64,000 nt of DNA from a virus (lineage: Duplodnaviria; Caudoviricetes), in the IMG/VR virus record IMGVR_UViG_3300044630_000280, positions 2,131-66,130 of that record; one strand, given 5' to 3'. Positions 1 to 9,806 of this stretch are shown in pieces. The translations under genes and the position numbers were made by a program. The notes beneath the pieces are model-generated. The model was not told where the DNA came from. It made no database searches and saw only the letters and a program-made list of their open reading frames with translations. The stretch's first letter is position 1; each line of letters begins with the position of its first letter.

Positions 1-2
1 AA

Positions 3-191
3 TTCAGAATAACAGAAAGACACACAAGTGGTTGGACTGACCCTAGAAGCCTTGCTGTTTTTGGTGGAGGTGGTGGGGGTACAATAGGCACAGGATTGAC
101 ATACCCAACACTATCACCATTCGCAGAGAGTCAACCGCCTTCGAGTGGTGAAATACTCGCTCGGACTAAGAAATTTTTAGGGCTAAAATGA
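3..191 (+). CDS. Partial (5'-truncated) hypothetical protein; contains a peptide resembling the major capsid C-terminus
   Basis: Open frame from the window edge (FRITERHTSGWTDPRSLAVFGGGGG...) ending at TGA 189-191, an ATGA overlap with the polymerase start. Confidence 0.6.
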   Translation, partial: FRITERHTSGWTDPRSLAVFGGGGGGTIGTGLTYPTLSPFAESQPPSSGEILARTKKFLGLK

Positions 192-2014
192 AAATAATTG
201 CGTTAGACTTTGAGACTTACTACGACAAAGAGTTTAGTCTATCTAAGATAACTACGGAAGAATACATCCGTGACAAACGATTTGAAACTATAGGAGTGGG
301 GATAAAGGAGGATGGAAAAGATGCTGAATGGTTTAGCGGAACACAGACCCAGATTGAAAGCTATCTCAAGTCACTCAATCTTGAACAACACCTTGTACTG
401 GCTCACAACGCTATGTTTGATGCCGCTATACTTAGTTGGCGTTTTGGGATTAGTCCTCGGGGGTGGCTCGATACGCTTAGCATGGCACGTGCACTACACA
501 CTATTGAGGTTGGTGGAAGTCTTGCTGCGCTTGCCGAATACTACGAGCTTGGTAAGAAAGGTACGGAAGTCGTCAATGCGCTCGGAAAAAGACGTGTGGA
601 CTTCACCGCCCAAGACCTAGCCCAGTATGGTGAGTACTGTAAGAACGACTGCCACTTAACACTAGAGCTATTCAAGATACTGTCACAGGGCTACGACAAG
701 GATGAGCTTAAGCTTATTGACTTAACTATACGTATGTTTAGTGAACCAGTGTTGCGGTTGAACAAAGGCATACTGACTCTGCACCTAGAAAGAGTTAAGG
801 CTGACAAAGAAGAGTTAATGAATGCAATTGACTCAGTTGGTAAAGATCAGCTTATGTCTAATGATAAGTTTGCTGAGATGTTAAGAAAGCTACAGGTTGA
901 ACCGCCTAGAAAGATAAGTGCTGCGACGGGTAAGGAAACCTATGCGTTCGCTAAGTCTGATGAAGAGTTCAAAGCTTTACTAGAACACCCAGACAGACGA
1001 GTACAAACCCTTGTAGCTGCGAGGTTAGGTGTTAAGTCTACGTTGGAAGAAACAAGAACTCAACGCTTTATTGACATTGCTGATCGTGGTTCTATGCCAG
1101 TTCCCCTACGCTACTACGCTGCCCACACGGGACGGTGGGGTGGTGACGAGAAAGTTAATTTGCAAAACCTCCCCAGAAGTTCCCCTATTAAGTTAGCTAT
1201 TACTGCACCACGTGGTTACTTAATGATTGACTCTGACTCATCACAGATCGAAGCAAGAACGTTGGCTTGGCTAGCTGAACAAGATGATCTGGTTGATGCC
1301 TTTGATAGAGGTGAAGATGTATATAAGAAGATGGCAGCTGCGATTTATAATAAAGCGGAAAATGATATTGATAAAGCGGAGAGGTTCGTTGGTAAGACAA
1401 CGATTCTTGGGGCAGGGTACGGTATGGGCGCAGCTAAGTTTCAGGCACAGCTTAAGACATTCGGGGTACAGGTTGACGAGGAAGAATGCAAGAGGATCAT
1501 ACAGGTTTATAGGGAGACTTACCCAAAGATACCCGCATTTTGGAAAGCAGCAGGTAAAGCGTTAGATTATATAAAAGACAACACACTATCTACACTAGGT
1601 CGTAACGGTGTTTTAGTAGTCGAAGGTAGTAAAGGTATCAAGTTACCTAACGGTATGTATGTCAAGTATCCTAACCTACGCAAAGTAATTAAGGATGACG
1701 GTAATACAGAAATAGTGTATGATACGAAGAAGGGTAGAGCAACTATACCTAATAGGATATACGGCGGTAAGGTAACAGAGAATGTATGCCAAGCCCTAGC
1801 AAGGATAGTTATTGGTAAGCAGATGTTGCTGATAGCTAAGAAGTACAAAGTCGTGATGACTGTGCATGATGCGATTGCTTGTATCGTACCAGAAGACGAA
1901 GTAGAAACAGCACAAGAGTTTGTTGAGTTGTGCATGAAGGTAAGACCTGATTGGGGTATGGAGTTACCCTTAAACTGTGAAGCTGGTAACGGCACAAGTT
2001 ATGGAGCGTGTTAA
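188..2014 (+). CDS. Family A DNA polymerase with 3'-5' exonuclease domain
   Basis: ExoI LDFET, ExoII HNAMFD, HTGRWGG..NLQNLPR, motif A DSSQIEAR, motif B RFVGKTTILGAGYG, motif C VHDA. Confidence 0.95.
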   Translation: MKIIALDFETYYDKEFSLSKITTEEYIRDKRFETIGVGIKEDGKDAEWFSGTQTQIESYLKSLNLEQHLVLAHNAMFDAAILSWRFGISPRGWLDTLSMARALHTIEVGGSLAALAEYYELGKKGTEVVNALGKRRVDFTAQDLAQYGEYCKNDCHLTLELFKILSQGYDKDELKLIDLTIRMFSEPVLRLNKGILTLHLERVKADKEELMNAIDSVGKDQLMSNDKFAEMLRKLQVEPPRKISAATGKETYAFAKSDEEFKALLEHPDRRVQTLVAARLGVKSTLEETRTQRFIDIADRGSMPVPLRYYAAHTGRWGGDEKVNLQNLPRSSPIKLAITAPRGYLMIDSDSSQIEARTLAWLAEQDDLVDAFDRGEDVYKKMAAAIYNKAENDIDKAERFVGKTTILGAGYGMGAAKFQAQLKTFGVQVDEEECKRIIQVYRETYPKIPAFWKAAGKALDYIKDNTLSTLGRNGVLVVEGSKGIKLPNGMYVKYPNLRKVIKDDGNTEIVYDTKKGRATIPNRIYGGKVTENVCQALARIVIGKQMLLIAKKYKVVMTVHDAIACIVPEDEVETAQEFVELCMKVRPDWGMELPLNCEAGNGTSYGAC

Positions 2015-2290
2015 ATGAAAAGCTTTAATATACCTGAAAGACTTAGACGCTTATTTGCTAGTAGAGAGGAATCAGATGGAGAACCTTACGTTACACATAA
2101 TGTAAACTCTAAAATAAGAATTCATTTACACAAGGCTATAAATGGTAGAGTTATTGAGGTTCACAGCTATAACCCCAAACCAAACTCACATGAATCAGAT
2201 TGGGATTCTGAGTTTTACCTTGTCCCTGAAGGTGAATCATTACATGCGGCTGTATCTACCGTACTAACTATGAAGAGTTTAGCATCATGA
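2015..2290 (+). CDS. Hypothetical protein, paralogue of next gene
   Basis: Abuts polymerase stop; shares NGR.IE...WD..FY.VPEGESL..A..T..T.K.LA with 2287-2574. Confidence 0.8.
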   Translation: MKSFNIPERLRRLFASREESDGEPYVTHNVNSKIRIHLHKAINGRVIEVHSYNPKPNSHESDWDSEFYLVPEGESLHAAVSTVLTMKSLAS

Positions 2291-2574
2291 TAAAACTTAT
2301 TAAAGATTTTATTTCCGCAGTGACTAGGTTGAATGAAATGCAGGTTGCGGATAGTGTCAAGCATCAAAGCCCCCACAACACTAACCCGTCACTTAAAGTT
2401 TCTTTGTATCACGGACTTAACGGTAGGATACTAGAGATAGCAACACACTCAACCGTAAACCAAGGTAGCTTTAAACATTCTGAATGGGATTTTGATTTTT
2501 ATTTTGTCCCTGAAGGTGAGTCGTTGAGTACCGCTATAGCTACTGCGTTTACATTAAAGGAACTTGCAAAGTGA
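2287..2574 (+). CDS. Hypothetical protein, paralogue of previous gene
   Basis: ATGA overlap; shared C-terminal motif. Confidence 0.8.
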   Translation: MIKLIKDFISAVTRLNEMQVADSVKHQSPHNTNPSLKVSLYHGLNGRILEIATHSTVNQGSFKHSEWDFDFYFVPEGESLSTAIATAFTLKELAK

Positions 2575-3242
2575 CAGTGCCAGCTTGGTCTTACAGCAGT
2601 ATCAAAACTTTCGATCAATGCCCTAAGAAGTACTATCACTTACGGATACTCAAAGATGTCAAAGATTCGGATACGACTGCGACAGTCTATGGTAAGGAGC
2701 TTCACACAGCAGCGGAGTTGTACATACGTGATGGTGTAGAGATACCCCCTAAGTTCAGCTTTATTAAGACGACACTTGAGGCTCTTAACAAGATCGAGGG
2801 TGAGAAGCACTGTGAGATTAAGCTAGGTGTAGCAAAGAAGGACGGAGAGTTCACACCATGTGAGTTCTTTGACGAAGATGTATGGTGGCGAGGTATAGCT
2901 GACTTACTTATTATTCAAGGTGAGAAGGCTTTCCTAGTAGATTATAAAACTAGTAAGAATGCGAAGTACGCAGATACTAAACAGCTAGACTTGCTTGCAG
3001 GTGCAGTGTTCACGCACTACCCTCAGGTCAAAACCATAAAGTCGGCACTACTATTCGTAGTAAGTAACGAGGTGGTACAGAAAGAGCATGATGCTTTATT
3101 TAGAACCGCCTATCTATCAGCGATGCAACCAGAGCTAACAAGACTGGAAGCCGCTATTAATAACGATGTATGGAACACTAATTCTGGTCCGCTATGTAAG
3201 TACTGCCCAGTCGTAGAGTGTCCGCATAATAGAAGAGGTTAA
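2571..3242 (+). CDS. PD-(D/E)XK exonuclease (Cas4/RecB-like, Fe-S cysteines)
   Basis: WSYSS...CP, G..LH, GIADLL, VDYKT, QL, C-terminal CxxCPxxxC. Confidence 0.88.
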   Translation: MTVPAWSYSSIKTFDQCPKKYYHLRILKDVKDSDTTATVYGKELHTAAELYIRDGVEIPPKFSFIKTTLEALNKIEGEKHCEIKLGVAKKDGEFTPCEFFDEDVWWRGIADLLIIQGEKAFLVDYKTSKNAKYADTKQLDLLAGAVFTHYPQVKTIKSALLFVVSNEVVQKEHDALFRTAYLSAMQPELTRLEAAINNDVWNTNSGPLCKYCPVVECPHNRRG

Positions 3243-3244
3243 TC

Positions 3245-3520
3245 ATGCCGTATGTAAACAAGAAGCGCCCTTACAAAAAAGAATATCAGCAACAGCTAGA
3301 TCGTGGTGAACATGAGACTAGAATGGATAGACAACGTGCTCGTAACGAGATGGACAAGAAGGGTATAGATCGTACAGGTAAGGACATAGATCATACTATC
3401 CCTCTGTCTAAGGGTGGCACGAACGCACCGTCTAACTTGAAACTAAAATCACCCAGTGCTAACAGATCGTTTAGTCGTAACCCAGACCATACTGTTAAAA
3501 CAAATAAACCTAAAAAATAA
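3245..3520 (+). CDS. HNH endonuclease-like protein
   Basis: DIDHTIPLSKGGTN..SNL......N motif. Confidence 0.8.
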   Translation: MPYVNKKRPYKKEYQQQLDRGEHETRMDRQRARNEMDKKGIDRTGKDIDHTIPLSKGGTNAPSNLKLKSPSANRSFSRNPDHTVKTNKPKK

Positions 3521-3521
3521 A

Positions 3522-5084
3522 ATGCAAATCGTAGATGATAAGTTGTTGGTTGTACGCACCCGTAGACCACACCTAGTAACCGAAAAGATTAAGCGTAGCA
3601 AAGTTGTACAAGTCCTAGTAGATGGGCTGCATGACGTTGCCGTTTATTGGGGGTTGAAGGAAGCACAAGACTTAGCAGGTCTAAAGATCAAGAACGTACC
3701 GTCTACGATTAACCGTGACTACGAATACCCCGGTCAGTTTAAACCGTTTGCACATCAGAAAGAAACAGCAGCGTTCCTAACCCTGCGTAAGAAAGCATTT
3801 TGTTTTAACGAGCAAGGTACAGGTAAGACCGCAGCAGTTATATGGGCGGCTGATTACTTAATGAAGCTTGGTCTTATCCGTCGTGTACTTATCATTGCAC
3901 CGCTATCTATCTTGAAGTCTGCATGGCAACAAGACCTATTTCGTTTTGCTGTACACCGTAGCTGCGAGATAGCCTATGGTAAGCGTGAGGTACGTAAAGA
4001 AATTATTAGAGGTGAAGCTGAGTTTGTAATTATTAACTTTGATGGTCTTGATATTGTTAAAGAGGACATCATAGAAGATGGTAGGTTTGATCTGATCGTA
4101 GCTGACGAAGCATCTGCTTATAAGAACATGCAGACTAACCGTTGGAAAGCATTGAAGGCTGTTACTACACCTGATACATGGCTATGGTTGTTGACAGGTA
4201 CACCGGCTGCTCAGTCACCAGTAGATGCGTATGGTCTAGCTAAGCTAGTTAATCCTGATGGTGTGCCTAAGTTCTTTGGTCAGTTCCGTGACAAGGTAAT
4301 GGAGAAGGTTGGTCAGTTCAGATGGGTTCCACGTCCTAACGCTGAGGTGATTGTCCATAATGCGCTGCAACCTGCTATTAGATTCGAGAAGTCACAGTGC
4401 CTAGACTTACCAGACGTTACGTATCTTGAACGTGAAGCACCACTTACCCCGCAGCAGAAGATGTACTACAAGACCCTAAAAGACTTGATGGTTATGGACG
4501 CGGCAGGTGAAGAGGTTACAGCTATTAACGCAGCAGTAAAGATCAATAAGCTGTTACAAATTTCAGGTGGTGCAGTTTACTCAGATACAAAAGAAGTTAT
4601 TGAGTTTGATGTTAGTAATAGACTAAATGCTGTGCAAGAAGTTATCGAAGAGTCAAGTCATAAGGTGTTAGTGTTCGTGCCTTTTTCTCATACAATTCAA
4701 TTACTTAAAGAACATTTAGCTAAGGCAAGTATCAAGGCTGAGATCATTAGTGGTCAAGTTCCTGTGAACCAACGTAACGATATTATTAAACGCTTCCAAG
4801 AACAGCAAGACCCTAAAGTGTTAATCATTCAACCACAAGCTGCATCACATGGCTTGACACTAACCGCAGCTGATACAATAATATGGTACGCACCTGTCAC
4901 CTCAGTGGAAACATACCTGCAAGCTAATGCTCGTATCAATAGACCGGGGCAAAAGAATGCAATGACTATCGTACATATTAAGGGTAGTGAAGTAGAGACA
5001 AGAATGTATAGTATGTTACGTAACAACATTAAGAATCACAATCGAATCATCGAACTCTATAAACAAGAATTATCGGAAAAGTAG
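3522..5084 (+). CDS. SNF2-family helicase
   Basis: Walker A EQGTGKT, Walker B ADEAS, LTGTP, HGLTLT, QANARINRPGQ; ATG 3522 follows the HNH stop. Confidence 0.92.
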   Translation: MQIVDDKLLVVRTRRPHLVTEKIKRSKVVQVLVDGLHDVAVYWGLKEAQDLAGLKIKNVPSTINRDYEYPGQFKPFAHQKETAAFLTLRKKAFCFNEQGTGKTAAVIWAADYLMKLGLIRRVLIIAPLSILKSAWQQDLFRFAVHRSCEIAYGKREVRKEIIRGEAEFVIINFDGLDIVKEDIIEDGRFDLIVADEASAYKNMQTNRWKALKAVTTPDTWLWLLTGTPAAQSPVDAYGLAKLVNPDGVPKFFGQFRDKVMEKVGQFRWVPRPNAEVIVHNALQPAIRFEKSQCLDLPDVTYLEREAPLTPQQKMYYKTLKDLMVMDAAGEEVTAINAAVKINKLLQISGGAVYSDTKEVIEFDVSNRLNAVQEVIEESSHKVLVFVPFSHTIQLLKEHLAKASIKAEIISGQVPVNQRNDIIKRFQEQQDPKVLIIQPQAASHGLTLTAADTIIWYAPVTSVETYLQANARINRPGQKNAMTIVHIKGSEVETRMYSMLRNNIKNHNRIIELYKQELSEK

Positions 5085-5130
5085 ATTGCATTGTAAGAAA
5101 ATGGTGTAGAATAAAATTTAGTATCAATAT

Positions 5131-5378
5131 GCATGAGGATTGGATTTGATTAAGGCAACTGGCGGGAACCACTAGCCCCAGTCCTCAGTCGTGTTGGTAC
5201 TAAGAAGCCTGAGAATTAGGAAGTTGTATTTGTTTACAGCAAAAAAGCGATGGGAATCCTTTTCCCTAGTTCTCAGACTTGTTAGACTAGCCCAGCCGGA
5301 GGTGGCGCATATAACACCGGCAGTGGGAGCTAAGCCCTTCCTTTCCGTATTTAGTAGTACTAGGCTTAGTGATCCCAC
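5131..5378 (+). ncRNA. Putative structured leader/ncRNA of four consecutive hairpins
   Basis: Stems 5134-5143/5178-5187, 5209-5220/5265-5276, 5295-5299/5317-5321, 5323-5336/5363-5378 with G-U pairs, in a 317-bp gap downstream of promoter-like TAGAAT (5107-5112). Confidence 0.6.
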
Positions 5379-5401
5379 ACCTATAATTAAAAGGAGCTGA
5401 T

Positions 5402-5803
5402 ATGGAAGATGAAGATATACCCGCCGAGAAATTGGCAAAGATTTATATTAAGATTCGTGATGCCAAATCAGAACTAGTGAAGAAGCATGACGCAGAAGTA
5501 GCCGAGTTAGATGCGCAGATGGATATGCTATCTAAGAAGATGCTAGAAATTTGCAAAGAAAACGGAGCTGATTCAATAAAAACAAGTGCAGGTACTATCA
5601 TGCGTAGTGTGTCCACAAGATACATGACGAACGACTGGGATAGCTTGTACTCGTTTATCAAAGAACATGATGCTATTGGTTTATTAGCTAAGTTTATACA
5701 CCAAGGCAACATGAAGCAGTTCTTAGAAGATAACCCTGATGTTTTTCCACCCGGCATGTTAGTTGACAGCCAATACAAAATCGTTGTGAGGAGAAGTAAA
5801 TAA
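5402..5803 (+). CDS. Hypothetical phage protein (coiled-coil N-terminus)
   Basis: Strong RBS AAGGAG; 133 aa; TAATG coupling to next gene. Confidence 0.8.
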   Translation: MEDEDIPAEKLAKIYIKIRDAKSELVKKHDAEVAELDAQMDMLSKKMLEICKENGADSIKTSAGTIMRSVSTRYMTNDWDSLYSFIKEHDAIGLLAKFIHQGNMKQFLEDNPDVFPPGMLVDSQYKIVVRRSK

Positions 5804-6705
5804 TGAGCGAAGTCTCTATTTTTAAAAACCGTGCTGTAACCGTAGGCGGTAAGAAAGCCCCTAGTGCCTTAACTCAATCGTTGATGAAGGCGAGTTCTGG
5901 TAGCCGTATCCCACGTATTTCCCCACGTAATGGTATGTTCAAGCGTATCGTTAATGGTGAAGATGTAGGTAAGCTAAAGAGTCCACTGCGTGTAGTTATT
6001 GTAGGTGTAGCACCTGCGACAGCACAGCGTACTTTCTATGCTAAGACATGGGATCCAAACGCAGAAGCAGCACCACCAGATTGCTGGACTAACGATGGTC
6101 AAAAGCCTGACGCTAGCATCAAAGCACCACAAGGTAAGAACTGCGAAACCTGCCCACAGAACGTAAAAGGTTCAGGTCAAGGTGATACTAAGGCTTGCCG
6201 TTTCAAACGTCGTATTGCTGTGATCTTGCCAGAAGAAGTTGAAGGCAATAACAGTGGTCAGATATATCAGTTTGAAGCTGCATCTAAGTCTATCTTTGGT
6301 AAGGGCAACAACCACGTCCACCCATTGAATGCTTATATCGACTACATCATTGCTAACGGTGAGGACATCGATGGTGTTGTTACTGAAATCTCTTTCAACG
6401 AGAACAATGACAACCAAAGCGTTCTGTTCCGTGCAGTTGACTTTGTATCTAGCTATCCTGAGTTAGCTGAAGTTGTGGCTAAGGCAGTTGAATCCTCAGA
6501 AGCACACAAAGCAGTTATGTTGACTGCCGGTGCTATCGACAAGGGTGAGACTGAAGTTCCTAAAGCTATCGCACCACCAGAGGTAGCCGATGAACCAGAA
6601 GAGCCAATAGCTGCACCTACTAAGCGAGTAAGTAAGAAAGCTGAAGTAAGTGAAGCACCAAAAGCTAACCTCGCAGATGTGGTTAGTGCATGGAGTGACG
6701 ACTAA
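5803..6705 (+). CDS. Putative ssDNA-binding/annealing protein
   Basis: Position in replication module, Cys cluster (DCW, CETCP, ACR), acidic C-terminal tail ending WSDD; function inferred. Confidence 0.55.
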   Translation: MSEVSIFKNRAVTVGGKKAPSALTQSLMKASSGSRIPRISPRNGMFKRIVNGEDVGKLKSPLRVVIVGVAPATAQRTFYAKTWDPNAEAAPPDCWTNDGQKPDASIKAPQGKNCETCPQNVKGSGQGDTKACRFKRRIAVILPEEVEGNNSGQIYQFEAASKSIFGKGNNHVHPLNAYIDYIIANGEDIDGVVTEISFNENNDNQSVLFRAVDFVSSYPELAEVVAKAVESSEAHKAVMLTAGAIDKGETEVPKAIAPPEVADEPEEPIAAPTKRVSKKAEVSEAPKANLADVVSAWSDD

Positions 6706-6730
6706 GTAACTGTCCCGCACGTAGCGGCTT

Positions 6731-6752
6731 GGGGGGCTTGCCCCCCTTTTTT
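6731..6752 (+). terminator. Rho-independent terminator
   Basis: GGGGGG-CTTG-CCCCCC followed by TTTTTT. Confidence 0.85.
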
Positions 6753-6766
6753 ACCCCTATAAAAAC

Positions 6767-9628
6767 ATGGCTAACTTTGACCTATTAGATACAGTACTTG
6801 CTACCGAAGGGTGGTACGCTGTTGTGGGGATTAAGGAAAAGTCAGTACTACAAGAATTAGTTCAAACTCGTGAAGAAGTAGACGCATTAGTAGCTAAGTT
6901 TCTAGCAGCAGAACGTAACGTATATTTTGGATGTGCCAAGTACGAGACGGGCGAGAACCGGAAGAAAGACAATGCTAAGTACTTCAAAGCGTTCTGGATG
7001 GACATTGACTGTGGTGCGGATAAGGCAGTACCAGACCCCACGACTGGAAAGATTGACGGCTATATAGACCAAGCTACAGGCTTAGCCGAGCTACAAAGAT
7101 TTTGCAAGACCTTAGGATTACCAAGACCAACATTAGTTAACTCAGGACGTGGTATACACGCATACTGGGTGTTGGATGAAGTTATATCAAGAGAAGAATG
7201 GGAGCCTGTATCTAACCGATTACATGCACTGTGCGACATACACGACTTGTTGGCAGACCCATCGTGCTTTGAGGCTGCGCGTATCCTGCGTATACCTGAC
7301 ACGTTAAACTTTAAAGATTCACCCCCCTCTAATGTAGAGGCACTTTCTTTGGGTAAGACCACAAGTCTTGCTCAGATGCGCGAGATACTAGGTGTGGTGG
7401 ATGAGCCTAAAAAGCTTTTCACCCCTCGCCCATTACGTCAACGTAGTGCTTTGACCATGTCCCTTATGGGTAACCGTGTGTCGAAGTTTAAGACAATCAT
7501 GATTAAGTCAGCACAAGGTCAGGGTTGTCAGCAGTTAGTGCATTGCTATCAGAACCAAGATTCCATTAGCTACAACCTATGGCGCTCGGCTTTGTCTATT
7601 GCAGCTTTCTGCGAAGAAGGAGTTAACGCTGCTCACAAGATGTCTGAGAACTATCCGGGGTATGACCCTGAGGAAGTGGAGACTAAAGTCCATGACCTAC
7701 AGCGTAACGGTGGTCCTCATTTCTGTGAGACGTTTGAGAAGGAAAACCCTAGTGGTTGCGAAGGCTGTATACACAAGGGCAAGATCAAGACCCCTATATT
7801 ATTGGGTAAAGAGATTGCACGTGATGAGCCAACAGAAGAGGGGTATGTAGTTGAGGTGGAAGCGGAGGAAGAGGAAGAAGTTGAAGAGTATGTAATCCCT
7901 ACGTATCCGTTCCCATTCTACAGAGGTAAGGCAGGTGGTATATACAAGCAAGCTAAGGATGACGATGCTGAAGATGATCTAGTCTATGAGCATGACTTGT
8001 ATGTAGTTAAGCGTATGAGAGACCCAGAGTTGGGTGAGGTTGCTTTGATGCGCCTACACCTGCCACGTGACGGTGTTGCTGAGTTTACTGCGCCACTTGA
8101 CCACATCATTGCTAAGGATGACCTACGTAAAATCTTAGCTAAACGGGGTGTAGCAGGATACCCGAAACAAATGGAACTACTAGCACAGTTTGTACTGGCT
8201 AGCATAAAAGAACTACAGCTTGAAAGAAAGGCGGAGCTTATGAGAACACAGTTTGGCTGGGCAGATAATGACAGCAAGTTTATTATTGGAGATCGTGAGA
8301 TAACAGCAGAGGGTATATTCTACAGCCCACCATCATCGCAAACTGCGGCTATAGCACACCACATGACGCAAGCCGGTACATTAGAGGGGTGGAAAGAATG
8401 CTTTAACATGTATAATCGACCCGGACTAGAACCAAACGCGTTTGCTGCGCTGACAGGATTCGGCTCTCCGTTGTTGAAGTTTACAGGGTTGAGTGGCGCT
8501 ATTGTTAATGTGATCTTCAAGAAGTCAGGCTCAGGTAAATCTACTACCTTAGCAATGTGTAACAGCATTTATGGACACCCTAGTAGGTTGATGTCTATGC
8601 CTAGGGATACAATGAATGCACGTATGCAGAAGCTAGGCGTGATGAATAACCTGCCTTTCACGATGGACGAAGTCACTAACATGAAGTCAGACGAGTTCTC
8701 GGATTTAGCCTACGCTATGTCCCAAGGGAGAGGTAAGGATCGTCAGAAATCGTCCGCCAACGAGCTGCGCCTTAACCTCACTTCTTGGCAAAACTTATCC
8801 CTTTCCAGCGCTAATGCCAGCTTCTATGAGAAGTTAGGTTCCTTAAAGGCTACACCTGATGGTGAGCGTATGCGCTTTATCGAGTATGAGATTGGCTACA
8901 GCGATGCTATATCTACCGAAGAAGGCAAGCGTGTATTTGACCATGAGCTGTTACAGAACTACGGACATGCCGGTGATGTATACACACAATGGTTAGTAGC
9001 TAACAGAGAAGAAGCTATCCGTAGCCTCCTTGAAGTACAAGCTAAGATAGATAAAGAGTTACGTCTTACCCAGCGTGAGCGTTTCTGGTCAGCAGTTGTA
9101 GCATGTAATATCACAGGTGGCTTGATTGCTAAGTCATTAGGTTTAATTGACTACGACATGAAAGCAATTTACAAGTGGGCTACTACGATGGTACGTGACG
9201 TTCGTGAAGATACTGTTGCTCCAGTTGATGACGCTTCTAATATCATTGGTGACTACATGAACCGCCACTTGCGTAACATCCTAATCGTTAACGGCGAGAC
9301 AGATGCACGTACTAAGTTATCAGCTGCACCAATACAAGAACCCTATGGTGAGTTAGTTATACGGTATGAGCCAGATACTAAGAAGATGTTTATTGTATCT
9401 AAGCACTTTAGAGATGACTGCGTAGAACGTCAGGTTAACTACAAGGACACACTAAAGCAGCTAACAGCTCGTGGTGTATACCAAGGAAGCACTACACGTC
9501 GCATGACTACAGGCACTAAGATTAAAGGACCACCTGTTCATGTCATGCAGTTTAATTGTGATACACCTGACTTCATTAGCGTGGATGATTACCTAGATGC
9601 GAATTCAGGGGATACCGTATCAAATTAA
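6767..9628 (+). CDS. Primase-helicase (primase-like N-terminus, DUF927-like helicase C-terminus)
   Basis: WMDID, SGRGIHAYW, RILRIPDTLN primase motifs; HFC..F....CEGC; Walker A SGSGKST, Walker B TMDE. Confidence 0.85.
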   Translation: MANFDLLDTVLATEGWYAVVGIKEKSVLQELVQTREEVDALVAKFLAAERNVYFGCAKYETGENRKKDNAKYFKAFWMDIDCGADKAVPDPTTGKIDGYIDQATGLAELQRFCKTLGLPRPTLVNSGRGIHAYWVLDEVISREEWEPVSNRLHALCDIHDLLADPSCFEAARILRIPDTLNFKDSPPSNVEALSLGKTTSLAQMREILGVVDEPKKLFTPRPLRQRSALTMSLMGNRVSKFKTIMIKSAQGQGCQQLVHCYQNQDSISYNLWRSALSIAAFCEEGVNAAHKMSENYPGYDPEEVETKVHDLQRNGGPHFCETFEKENPSGCEGCIHKGKIKTPILLGKEIARDEPTEEGYVVEVEAEEEEEVEEYVIPTYPFPFYRGKAGGIYKQAKDDDAEDDLVYEHDLYVVKRMRDPELGEVALMRLHLPRDGVAEFTAPLDHIIAKDDLRKILAKRGVAGYPKQMELLAQFVLASIKELQLERKAELMRTQFGWADNDSKFIIGDREITAEGIFYSPPSSQTAAIAHHMTQAGTLEGWKECFNMYNRPGLEPNAFAALTGFGSPLLKFTGLSGAIVNVIFKKSGSGKSTTLAMCNSIYGHPSRLMSMPRDTMNARMQKLGVMNNLPFTMDEVTNMKSDEFSDLAYAMSQGRGKDRQKSSANELRLNLTSWQNLSLSSANASFYEKLGSLKATPDGERMRFIEYEIGYSDAISTEEGKRVFDHELLQNYGHAGDVYTQWLVANREEAIRSLLEVQAKIDKELRLTQRERFWSAVVACNITGGLIAKSLGLIDYDMKAIYKWATTMVRDVREDTVAPVDDASNIIGDYMNRHLRNILIVNGETDARTKLSAAPIQEPYGELVIRYEPDTKKMFIVSKHFRDDCVERQVNYKDTLKQLTARGVYQGSTTRRMTTGTKIKGPPVHVMQFNCDTPDFISVDDYLDANSGDTVSN

Positions 9629-9791
9629 TTGGAAAGCATTCAAGCCGGGGACTTCGTTCTTTATCCCTTGCTTGGATACCAAAGCTGCTGAGGAAGAAAT
9701 AACCTTTGTCGTGAACCGTCTACAGATGGACGTGGTTATCAAAGTTGTAATCGAGGATGGTGTGCAAGGTGTGCGCGTCTGGCGAGTTTAG
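9597..9791 (+). CDS. Hypothetical protein
   Basis: 64-aa ORF overlapping the primase end; SFFIPC...GVRVWRV. Confidence 0.7.
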   Translation: MRIQGIPYQINWKAFKPGTSFFIPCLDTKAAEEEITFVVNRLQMDVVIKVVIEDGVQGVRVWRV

Positions 9792-9806
9792 GTTATACTA
9801 TTTTTC

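Noticed and set aside
2571-3242. Cas4 as part of a CRISPR system
   Set aside because: No other cas genes or array; standard phage replication-module nuclease
5285-5325. Resemblance to HDV-like or twister ribozymes
   Set aside because: P3/L3 and catalytic residues could not be placed on either strand
5191-5400. 69-aa ORF in the hairpin region
   Set aside because: No RBS and a non-ATG start; overlaps extensive stems
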